From: the human T2T-CHM13v2.0 reference genome, Homo sapiens
DNA length: 64,000 bases
Assembly: GCF_009914755.1 (NCBI RefSeq)
Contig: NC_060929.1
Direction: 5' to 3' (one strand)
Positions 51,967 through 64,000 of the stretch are shown here, piece after piece. The translations under genes and the position numbers were made by a program. The notes under the pieces are model-generated. The model ran no database searches. It was not told the DNA's origin and saw nothing but the letters and a program-made list of their open reading frames with translations. Numbering within the stretch: the stretch's first letter is position 1; each line of letters begins with the position of its first letter.

Positions 51967-54128
51967 CTGCATGTCACTTTTTAAAGGAACTGTAAATCAC
52001 ATAGACTGAGCAGAAGAGTCTCAAGTTAATCCTTGGTGTGATACAGCAGTAGATTTCTAAAGGAGTCCTCCCCTCTCTCTCCTTGCTTCCCTCACATTCT
52101 ATTGTGAAGTGTGCCAGGCACTGTATATACAAGGAATATTTACAGCTGATGAGATAGCAGATGAAGAGCATTCCAATATATTTTCTTTATTGACCTATTG
52201 GGCAAAAGGTGAAAGCCATTCCATGAAAAGTTAAGTACTGTAAAAATACATTAACTTTTGGTTCACGGGAGAGATGCTATGAGTTATGTCCCCAAAGCTT
52301 TTCGACACATGAAAAGAATTAAATAACTCAAATTTCAACTTTAGAGACTGTTTACTGGAGCCCTTTGAAAAAATAGTTGCCATCATCCTCCTTAACAAAG
52401 TGGATGGAGTGCAAAATGCAAAACTTCCATACTGAATAGGTTGATACAAGTCATTTATTGGAAACTATTTGGCAGTATGAGCTATGAGCAAGCATGAAAG
52501 TTGTAGTTCTACCTAACTATTTTCATGTTATTATGCAATAGCTTTTCTCTAAACATTTATTAAAGTAACAAATTACTTGGGTGTTTTGCCTATCTTTGGA
52601 TAAAAAAGGGCTACTATTTTCATATGGCTACATTTAAATGATAGGCACACATAGGCATAATCCTGGCCAACACCATCTAATAGATACATCACTTGATTAC
52701 AGCAATATATATGTATTTCCCTGAAATACAAGAATTGTCTCTTGAGATCATTTTTGGGATCATACATTCTCATAAGAATAACATCTGCAGGGCATTGATT
52801 GAATGTACAAAATCTGGAAGCCTCCTTAAACCCGTTAGAAACAAAGGGAAAATTAAGGTAGTATTGAATGTTGCTATTTCATGCACATTAAGCTGATTTA
52901 CTTCCCGGGAAGAATTGGAGACCAATGTTGATCTTGCACATTATTTGCACAATTCATATCCTATTGAAGATAATTATAATATACTATGCAGTCAAATTAT
53001 TTAATAATGGATTTAATATTCTCTTACTTTAAAAGCTTTAACTCTCTGCCATGTATATTCTCAAATAAACTTGCAGCTCACTCTAGATTTAATTGAATTT
53101 CAGGTTTTTATAGAGGCAGACATGATACCATGGCTAATAAAGTAAACAAGACTAAACCCAAACTATAATTTTTGCTGGTCTCCAGCAAAACTCTTTATAC
53201 ACCTAGGTTTTCCCACACTATTTCAATCAAATGTTCTATCTTCTCCCGCTTTACTGTCTTTTTTTAAAAAAGCATTATCTTCTTGTTACTTCAGATTTGA
53301 AATATTAAATTTATTTTTTTCTTTGCCCTTCTTACCTTTCCAGTTATCTATTGCTAAGAAACAAACCACTCCAAAACCTGTTAGCTTAAAAGAACTATCA
53401 TTTATTAATTTTTTATTAATTGCTTACAAATCTGCAATTTGGGTTGGGTCAATAGGGATAGCCTTTCCCTTCTCCACATGGTGTGTGGAGAAGCTGGTGT
53501 GGCTCAAGATGGGTCAATCACATGTAGCAATATAGTGCTGGCTGTAGGCTGGGAGCTTAGCTGGCTTGTCATTTGGGGACCTCTGTTCCTCTCCATGTGG
53601 ACCCCTCCACAGAGTTTTTTGGGCTTCTTCAAAGAATGGAGGCTGAGTAACAAGGAAATGTGTTTCAAGACGTCCAGCAGGAAGCTGCAAAACTTCGACT
53701 CAGCTTCAATTCTCAGAATGCCACCTTTGCCATATTGATCAAGCAAGTCACTTAGCTGAGATTCAAGACAGGAAGAAGGAGTCTCTTAAAGGAAAGAGTA
53801 ACAAAGAATTTGAAGACATTTCTAATTTACCATGTTCTGTCTTTATCCAAGTCCTAAGTCCACCATCACAACATCTCTCAAATCCGTTCTTCATGCTTTC
53901 ATCCACCCAAATTTTCTTGTACAGACCGAAGAAAACTTCATCAGCAGTGCCAGTGAATCAGGGAAGGAGATGTTTAAGACCCTTCTAGGAATGTACTGGA
54001 CTGACTCAAAAAGACACAAAGGTAGCTTCGAATCAGCTGAGACCCTGGGAGAGGTTGAAAGGAAAAGATGCTTTCATGGGAGGTTCCACCATTGCCGTTG
54101 TCATCTTTTTTGTTATAATCATCCATAA

Positions 54129-54491
<363 letters not shown>

Positions 54492-57400
54492 TAAATGACT
54501 GTATGTGGACATTTATAAAGGAAAAAAAAAAAAAAAAAAGAAGAAACAACTGGGAATACCTTGGGATTCTTTTTAAAAAGCTCTGGGCCAAAAAAACACC
54601 AATTACCCTACCCCTTGAAATTCTAAAAGAAAAGAGAAAATTAAGCTGATTGAATTTATTAAATTTATTATGGTCAACGTATTATAGCAGAATTTTATTT
54701 CTTTTCTGTGCTATAAGTATATTTGTCCATTGTATAATCAATGTAGATGTAAGCCTCTTGACAACTGTATAAGATGTGGATTATGAATTTTACGTTTAAA
54801 ATTATTATGGCTGTATCTCATTGTCGAATCTTTGTTTTTATGGCAAGTTTGCTGGAAATAGCTACAGTTTACTTGTTTTTATAACAAATACTTAGCTCTG
54901 TGACCCTCAGTTGTAACACTGGTCCTGGCAGGTGGCAGTGGGGAGTGGTCTGTGTTACCACTGATCCCTATATGTTATAATTTCCAGGAATGCATTGTGG
55001 ACACAAACAAGAACTGTCTGTACTCTTGCAGGAAATGGAAACGGTACAAACCAGCATTTGAGTGAATGAACACTGAAAATGCATGCTGCAACCAACCACT
55101 GGATCAGGGTACAAGACAAATAATGGTTCTAGTGGAACTTGGGGGAAAAGCACTTTTACATGGAATTTAATATATTGTTCCCTGACTTATCTTTGTTTAT
55201 GATTCTATAGTTGGATAATTGTTTTCCTCAATCCTATGACAAAAAGAGTTGGAGGCGTCAGGAAGAGCAAGAACAATTTGGCTCTCAGTGAATTTTTAAT
55301 AAACAATGTGTTGCATCAAGAACAATTAAATGCTTTTAAATGTAAGATAATTTTACTTAGACAAATGGTTTTTGAGAAGTACTTTCAAGACAGAATTGAG
55401 TAGATAATTTCTTAGACTAATTACCTTATATCTAGCCATTCCAGTAAAACATGACTGGAGCACATATTATTTTACTTAATTTTTTTTCCATTTGGTTCAA
55501 TTTTCAAATCTGAATACTTTTAAACATTGACTTCTATTTAAAATGTTCTGTTCACAATGCAGTGCTAAGTGAAAACATTAAACTGTGTTTTCCAAATTTT
55601 CTACGATAATCAGAAAAAGATTGTATATAAATAATTCCACAGGCAACTCTTTAGAGTATGTCTAAATGGCAAATTTGACTCGTCATTAATGGTAACTTAA
55701 CATATCATGTACACCAGAAACCAGGAAAGGATCTATCTCATGTTCTCCTAAACCTCAGCCACAGTTGAACAACTGAAATCAATATACTTCTCAAGCAAGT
55801 GAATAATTCCTCAAAGCAATTTTTAAAAGGAAAAGAAAATTTTCTTTCATACAAGCATCTTTTCCCTCAGTGATTCTTACATTTGCCTCTTTTTCTCACA
55901 AATTTCTAAGATAGGAGATAGAGTTAGCCTTTATGTTTTAAAATTTTCCCTTGATTTACTAAAACACATATAAATTTCATGGTTTTTGAGGAACAATGAC
56001 ACAGAGGATAGTTGACTTAGGGTGAGGTTAGTATGAAGGAATAAAAATGTCAGTTTTTTTTTCCTCATAAATAAAAGTGAATTCCTAAAACTTTCTCCCA
56101 TGACTTCAGGTAACTGGAGTAACATTTTTGGGAAGCTAAAGGCAAAATATCTCTATTTCATTATTTGGTGAAGACTGATAACCATTTGAGAAAAGTAGTT
56201 CTTATTGCTTGATTCAAGTTCCTGGAGAGCTATGGCTAAGATTTTTTTCTATTATACTTAGTATATAATGTAGTATAATTATTTGCATATTGGAGCCCTA
56301 AATTTGTTATATAAAAATAGCAGGTAGTGTGTATGAAAGAGAAAGAACTATGATACAAAAAAATCTGGCCAGCAGAGCTGCAGCTTTGCTGTGCAAAGGG
56401 TAGAATTATAATTTATTTTTTGTGACTGGCCCAGGGTAGCTGCAAAATAAGTGGCTCTGATAACCAAACAGATAATAGTAACTATACTTTTAAAAAACTT
56501 GCAATGATTTAATAGGACATTGGACACACGATTTTAATAGTCTGCATGCCTCCAGAGGTATCACTGTTTCTCAAATGGAAAAGCCAAAATGAAAATTCTA
56601 GTCCCTGTGAGAAGGTGTTAGAAGAAATCATTTTTAAAAACCCAAAAGGACTCACTTTATTATTTTTGACAAGAATTTCTCCCTAAATATAAAGATAAGA
56701 TAGCATTGTAAAAGTGACTGTAAAAGAAAAAAACCCACTGTAAGGCTATTAGGGACAGCTGGCTGAACTGCTATGTCAGAATACATTTTTATTTCTTTAA
56801 AAATAAAACTTGAATATTGGAGTAAAATCTTATTTAAGATTTTTAAATATATAAAAATGCATACTTGTTATGCAACTTTATCAGATCTCAACATATTGCA
56901 CATTTTGCCTATTTATTTCACAATTTATTTTGTAAAATAAATGAAACAAAGTTTTTTATGTTTTCTTTCCCTGGAAATAACAACTACCATTAATTTGATA
57001 CTTAAGTTTCCAATAATTTCTTTATAGTCCACTGTTTGTCTTTTTTTTCCTTATTTGTGGTATCTTTTGATACACAGGAGTTTTAACATGGAAAAATTTA
57101 TCACTTTTTATTTTGTGCTTTTGGTGTCTTATTTAATAAATTCTTCCTTATCCTGAGACAAAACAATAAATTTCTACATTTTCTTCTTACAGTTTTAAAG
57201 CTATGGTTTAAAATATCCAAGTTCTTGGTTGTCTTGGAATTTATTTTTGGTTTATGTATAGTAAATAATTTTATTTATATTTAATTTTTTTCCCATATGA
57301 ATAACCAATTATATTTTTTCTCTGATTTTTGGGATGCCACCATAGATTTTTTTCTTTGGATTTATATACTGTTTCATTGGTCAAGTAAGACAAGTTACTC

Positions 57401-57966
57401 CCATTTTTTTCTTCAAGTTGAACAGACTATGTAGAGTCTTGTGTTATTATGTATGAATTGAGTATCAATTTGTTAATTTATACAATTGTATTAGACACCA
57501 TTTCAGTCAGTTTCTTTCTGATAATTTGGAGAGACTGTTTAATCTTTCCATCCATGAACATTGTATATCCCTTTATTTTTTTAGGACTTTCAAAATGCTC
57601 TTTAATAATGCTTGATAATTTTCTGTATAAAGGAGCATTGCAATATTTTGTTAGAATTATTCCACATTTTGGCTACATTTTGTAGCTATTATGAATGGGG
57701 TCATCTTGTATATTATTTTTCAATTGGTTATTGTGAGTATATATAGTAATATTAATTTTTATATACTCATCTTAAGAAGAAAGATTAAGGCCACTTGCAA
57801 TTGCCTACTAGCACACATTTTTAATAAAAATTTGACATTCTTTTTAATTCAGCTAAAGTCATGGTTGTCTAGAGATGACTTAATCATTAACTACATAGAA
57901 GTGCTGAGTAAAAAGTTCAGATCTTTTACTTTACATTATATTGGACCTAGTTTGGCAAAGACTTAA

Positions 57967-57985
57967 TGACACCATCTAGTGGCAG
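57967..57985 (-). promoter_or_regulatory. CTCF-like motif
   Basis: Minus strand CTGCCACTAGATGGTGTCA, close to the CTCF core, in otherwise AT-rich DNA. Confidence 0.5.
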
Positions 57986-59329
57986 TTTGAAGTTCTAAAT
58001 AAATAGTAAAATGCATTTCCAGATTTTATTGGATAACTATTTGTGTTAAAAAAATTATGATAACAATCAATATCCTTGTTGAAAATGCCAAGAAACAGCA
58101 AGAATTAATTTGTCATATCAAAATTAATTATGCTTGTAGTCTTTAATTTTGCTGATTTCAAGATTAGAATGAAGTTATGCTTATGGAGAAACTTATCTAC
58201 AATCTTTTATTTTGAAGCCAAATCATGTATGTGAAGATTTAATTTTTAAGATTGTTATTCAGGGAGTTGTCATAGTTCATGTTCACACCATGTTTTTGAA
58301 AAAATAAAATTACCAACAGCTGGCCGGAGTCAATCTACGTAATCTTTATAATAAAATGATCCTAAGAGTCTATACCATGAGGACTACTTTATATTTAAGG
58401 ATCCTTTAACATAAGGCCTATTTTTATATCTTACTAATTAGAATTCTTTTTTGTGTGGGAAATAACAAAATCTTATGCATAATTCAACTCAATTTCAAAA
58501 CAAATAGGGACAACTTGCTAATCACTTGAAAAAAGTATAAAGTTTAAAATACACTCAAGATGAATTAAAAATGTAAATCTATACAACCAGGCTTTAAAAG
58601 TTTAGAGTGAAATATATATGAAAGCTTATTTAATTTTTTGGTGGGGAAGACTTTTCTGATGATAGATGGAACCTCTAAGTGTAAAGGTTGATTAAAATTT
58701 CTATAGAACATTTAAATACTAAATTAAAGTGACAGTGTAATATCTCTGGTAAAAGTTTTTTAAATGACACTACCCTATGTTAACATAAGTTAAGGGTGAA
58801 TACATAAAAAACAGGCATTCTTATTTTGCTACTTGGGAATACATTTGGAATAAACTTTATCAAGGGACATTTGGCAATGCTATTGAAAGTCTTAAAATAT
58901 GCATAGTCTTTGCCCCAGAAATCCACTACTCAGAATGATTATAGGGATACAACAAAGAAATAGTCACAAGATTGTTCTTCATAGCACTTCATAGAACTAT
59001 TGGTAAAATATTACACATTAGGAAAATGTAAATGTCCACCAAGAGGTGAATTGGGAAACTAAGAGTGTAGTTATTAACCATACATTGTTATTAACAGTTA
59101 TTATGTTGTTATTAACCCTAATGTTACAGAAAAATTGTGGAAGACATTTAAAATACTTTTTACATATTTAATTATGTAATTACTCAATTAAGTGGAAAGA
59201 TATTCTCAGAATAGTGTTAGATGAAAAGCAGAGTTTCAAATCAGTATATTTTCATTTTTTACAATATTTGTTTCCTTCCTTATGCAAAATACAGAATGAC
59301 GACACTCAACAGGGGTTCTATCCTGAACA

Positions 59330-59708
59330 TGATATAGGCTGAATGTTGTTTCCTCCCCAGATTCATATGTTGAAGCCTGAACCACCAATATAACAGGGTC
59401 TTTGGGAGGTAATTAAGGTTAAAACAGGTCATATGGGTGGGACCTTCAGGATGGAAATAATGCTTCTAAGAATGCTTCAGAGAGCTTCTGGGTACACACT
59501 CACCCCACCCTCTCCCTACTCTGCCCCGTGTAAGAACACAGCAAGAAGGTGGCCACCCATAAGCCAGGAGGAAAGCCCTCATCAAGCAAATTGACTGGTG
59601 CCTTGATCTGGGACTACTAGCCTCTAGAACTGAAGAAAGTAAATGTCTGCCGCTCAAGCCACTTGGTCTACGTTATTTTGCTATGGCCTCCTGAGCAGAC
59701 TAATATAC
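59330..59708 (+). mobile_element. MLT1A-like MaLR LTR
   Basis: TGATATAGGCTGAATGTT...ATTCATATGTTGAAGCC start; GAGCAGACTAATA end. Confidence 0.75.
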
Positions 59709-60262
59709 ATGAGGTAATGAGTAATTTCTTTTTTTGCTTATCTAGGTTTCTAAATTTTTTGTCATAAACATACTGCATTTGTAATTTTAAAAGATATTTT
59801 AAAATCAAATAATATTAGAGAAACTCTCCAGCATATACAGATGTTTCAGTGAAAAACTCATCATTAGTTAAATCAGTTATTTGAAGCTGGTTTGTGATTA
59901 CCTTGACATATTTTTATTAATTCTCTCCATACACTAATTATTTGGCTTATAATTAAATTTACAAAGCAGATTGACTCCTTAGCTATGAATATCAAAGATT
60001 GATAAGGTTTCTAAATACACTACTGAAGAATAGGTTTATTTTCCTCCCATCTAACTATTTTGCAGTTATTATTTGGAAACACTGACCATTTTAATCATTA
60101 TTTTTTAAATTAGAGTGAGTAATTAGCATTCTGCCTTAGGTTTGGATGACTAATAATGGTGAAATTATATATGATTTTCTTGCATTCCAAGACCTTTTAT
60201 AATTAATTATCTTATCCATGCATCCTATTTCCCTCTTATGCCATCAAATTTCTGAGAAACAT

Positions 60263-60552
60263 GCCGGGTGTGGTGGCTCACACCTGTAATCCCAACACTT
60301 TGGGAGGCCGAGGCGGGCAGGTCACTTGAGGTCAGGAGTTCGAGACCAGCCTGGCCATCATGGTGAAACCCTGTCCCTATCAAAAATAAAAAAATTAGCC
60401 TGGCATGGTGGGGTACGCCTGCAGTCCCAGCTAGTCAGGAGGCTGAGGCAGGAGAATTGCTTGAACCCAGGAGGCAGAAGTTACAGTAAGCCAAGATCAT
60501 GCCACTGCACTCCAGCCTGAGCTACAGAGCAAGACCCTATCTCAAAAAAAAA
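60263..60552 (+). mobile_element. Alu (AluS-like)
   Basis: Dimer, poly(A). Confidence 0.93.
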
Positions 60553-60989
60553 ATTCTAAAAAAACAATATATTCCTTTTTCTGTTGTTACAATTATATCT
60601 AACCTTATACCAGAGGAGAAGTAATGAACCTGCCACCCCATGACAGTATGTGATATTTAGTAATACACACACACACACACTTTAATTTTTATCATCTTTA
60701 TAGCCCCATGCTAATGCTGGGTATATTGGAGAGGGAAGAAAGGAAGGGAGTGGGACTACATGTTTCATGAATGGCAAGGTTTCTTTGTGGCAGCAAAGGG
60801 TTTGAGCAGTCCTGGAATCTGGGAAATGTGGAGTCCTTCATCAGCATGCCAAGAAGTACTTAATGGCAGAAATTTCTCCTTAGAGACAGAAATTCACAGT
60901 CAGTGTATACAGAACACTCAAAATGACTGACCCTATAATGTTCATTCATCACTTGAGCTACTCAATGTCTTTGAACATGCATCCTACAC

Positions 60990-61995
60990 TGTGATAATTT
61001 CATACATAATGTGTCTCACCTTCCTAAAGTGGGAGCCAGAAAATTTCCATTCCCAAACCCCTTGTATTAGGGTATAGTCATGTGACCTCACTCACTCTAA
61101 TCGGACTGTCCCTGAAAGACAGATTTGAATTAAACAAGGAGCAATGAAAGTTTTATTAGGGTTGGGTTTTATTTTGTTTTGTTTTGAGGAGGAAGGGAGT
61201 GTTAGCACTGGGATGACATACTGGGAAGATGCTGGGTCTGACGTGCAGACCCTGACCCAGTGACGGATGAAAGACATACACTGACACAGATATTTTGCCT
61301 GTCAGAGCAGCTAAGGGGCTTTGCTGCCTGAGTCCACAGCTTTGGCCCCGACAAGCTGGTGAAGTTCGCATTTATTTAGTACAGATTAAATGACAAATGT
61401 CTCCAGTAAACAACACTAGAGGGTAATTAACATTGCCAACCTCCTGCGTAAAGAGCAGTCATGTGCCTGCCGATGATCAAAGGTTGGTCTTAGGACCACA
61501 TGAGTAAGCAAGCTATTTAGGTAAACTCCTCTACATTCCTATGTATCTACACCCTAAGCTTTTAAGAGAATTCAGCTGCCTTCAGCCAAATCTTTTACTG
61601 AACCTATGCAAACCTCCCGGCCTTCCAAGAAGGTTTGTGTCTATTTCCTATAACTTTATCTGTACAACTTCTCCCACCACCCTGACTGATCCCCTACAGG
61701 AAAATTTCTTGGGTGGAGGCAGAGGCAACTGGGAAAATTGGTCTTTTGGCAGGTCTGCTGTAGGGATTCAGTTCTGGGGCTTGGGGTGGCGGTACTTCTG
61801 GAACTCAGTCCTGAGGATCAGTGCCAAGTGCCAGCATCTGTGGTGTTTCTGCTAGAGAAGGGGTGGTTATCATGGCTCCTGGATGCTCAAATTTGTCATC
61901 TGATCCTCTGGCCCTACCAGATATTCTGTGAGCTATCTAATATCATTTCATCAGTTCTATTTCTGCTCAAATTTGCAAAAGTGGATTCTGTAGAA
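60990..61995 (+). mobile_element. Old ERVL-type LTR (LTR16-like), host of the LTR22 insertion
   Basis: CATGTGACC motif and ATTTCTGCTCAAATTTGC...GTGGATTCTG end resemble old ERVL LTRs. Confidence 0.4.
61230..61698 (-). mobile_element. LTR22-like solo LTR (HERV-K HML-5)
   Basis: Minus strand TGTAGGGGATCAGTCAGGGTGGTGGGAG...AATAGACACAAACCTTCTTGGAAGGCC; TG..CA ends; 6-bp TSD GGAAGA/GGAAAA. Confidence 0.75.
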
Positions 61996-62849
61996 GAACT
62001 CTACTCAGCCTGTCATTCCAATAGCAACACTTCCTCCCTCCTCAAAACAAAATAGAACCCAACCCTAGTAAAATTTCACTGCTTATTGTTTAGTTATCAC
62101 CAGAATGTACCATATTTATAGATATTGACAAGATAATTTAATGTAAATTAGTGCTATTTATTTATTTACAGAGATTTCGTTATAAAAATAAAACCCAGAG
62201 CTTTCTAGCCAAAGCTCTTCCCCTCCCTCTGCAGTAATCAGCAGAATTCATTCTTCCTGCTTCTTTGGTTTCACAAATAATCTGAGCCTTCAAACAGAGC
62301 CTGTGAAGTTAACAACTTCCTCATTAACACATGTCTTATCTTTGCAAGGACTTCCATTCATTCACTAAGTTCTTAACCATTTATTGGGATGATACATAAA
62401 CATTCTGAAATTCTGCTTCCAAACTGCACGCAATGTTGACTGTCATACAAAAAATTTAGGAATCTTCCTATGAATAGCCTCAATGTGAACATTAATGCAG
62501 CAGGCAAATATTTTTTATTAGCTCTATTGGAGAGAAATGTGTATGCAGGATGAAGGAAGGAAAGGACAGAGCTGGAATAAACTGAAATACATTCCCACAT
62601 GAAAGGACTGTGACTAGAGAGAGAGGTCACTACACTCAGGGACAGTAGGTGGGCATCAAACTCAAGTGGCTAAAATTGGAATTTAAAGAGTTTGTGGGTG
62701 CATAATAAACATTTCCTCATGTGTCAGAGTGGTTATAATCTCAAAAATAACTTTTATTTTCCACTTGATGGAATACAGTGCAATCATAAACATATTTTAA
62801 GAAGGTTATTATTTTTAGCTAGAATTGATTGGACATTTAGTGTATGCCA

Positions 62850-63030
62850 TCATTAAGACTTTGCATCCTGCACCTCATTTATTACTCCCAACAGCACAAG
62901 GCAGATATTGTCAACACCCTTTTAGAGATAAAGTGATTCCCAGAGAGGTTAATTCGTTGTCCAAGGTAATTCAGCAACTAAACGACACAGGTGAGACCTT
63001 TTGGTTAAAAACCAAAAATTCCTACACTGA
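62850..63030 (-). mobile_element. MIR remnant
   Basis: CCCTTTTAGAGATAAAG...CCCAGAGAGGTTAATTCGTTGTCCAAGGT. Confidence 0.6.
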
Positions 63031-64000
63031 TTTATGAAGATTCTGCAGCAACATTGAAAAGTTGCTTATGATTTTATGTTAACTGCCAGAAGAAGAGTAG
63101 AAAACTGTATGCACACCGTGACACAATTATGTGACAACTTCCTTTACATATGGAGAAAGAATTGGAAGGGAACACATGTCATGTGCCACTCACTTTTGTG
63201 TCCCAGAAACTAACAGAATCAGCAAACAGTCCATAAAAGCAAAAAAAAAAAAAAAAAAAAAAAAAAAGGAGTGTGTGTGGGTGTGGTTGGACAGGTGCAT
63301 GAGCACACGAGGAAGGGTTTTAATGGGGCAAGCAAAATAAGTTAGTGAACTTGAACTTATTTGCTAAACACGTAGAACACAGGATTAGAACTCCCAGGCT
63401 CTGCCCCTTGTGCAGTCGGGTAATGGAACTGTTGGAGTTTTGTTTTCTCCCACTATTTTTTTTAAGTGTTTGAAAGTGGCTACATTGTTTCTATAATAAA
63501 AAGAGAGATAAGAATACCCTATACACAGAAGCAGACAGGTTCAGGGTTTCAGTCCTTGAGAAGCACTGAGCAAGTAAAGGCTGAGGAACCTGGGGTCAGG
63601 CTGCAGAAACTAGGATCAGTACTACCCCCCATTGCCTCCAGGAACATGCTAAGCTCTGCCTGGCTCAAAGCCAAGTTTGGATGGCGTCCACGAGGCCACT
63701 GAGCAAGCGGCTTTGAAAGATCATGCTGTCGCACTGGCAGTCAGGAACTGCGGGAAAGTAAATATTTACTGGTTCCAGGAAGGGAAACCCATTATCCTAG
63801 GATCCTAGGGATGAACTTTTCTATGACTGCGGCAAAATTCACGTGAAAAAAAATGGTTTGGGAAGCTCTTCACCTGTGAGGTTTTTCACCATGCCTCGCC
63901 AAACAGACTGGCTTCCAATACTACCCCTTTACCTTGGTGAAATGAGCCTAGACACAGTTCTACCATATGAGCAGCGGCTGGTGCCTTTTACCCTGTAAAG

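Overview
Primate (human-like) repeat-dense, AT-rich intergenic or intronic DNA; no intact host protein-coding exon is recognisable. Contents: about 25 Alu copies or fragments, a truncated class I ERV (5' LTR, tRNA-Ile PBS, gag remnant) with nested LTR8 and Alus, old L1M/MIR/MaLR debris, an LTR22-like solo LTR, a processed DNAJB6 pseudogene, and two full-length L1s in inverted head-to-head orientation (L1PA2/3-like at 20128-26158 on -, L1PA4/5-like at 35777-41911 on +). Main observations: (1) the two L1s differ in subfamily at their ends but share several non-consensus internal variants, suggesting gene conversion or recurrent inversion; (2) the + strand L1 carries a 45-bp 3' transduction; (3) an unexplained foldback at 45183-45615 has about 116-bp arms at about 87% identity; (4) the two L1 antisense promoters converge on the DNAJB6 retrocopy, one with an open ORF0. 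Subfamily names and consensus comparisons are from memory, and most repeat boundaries are approximate.
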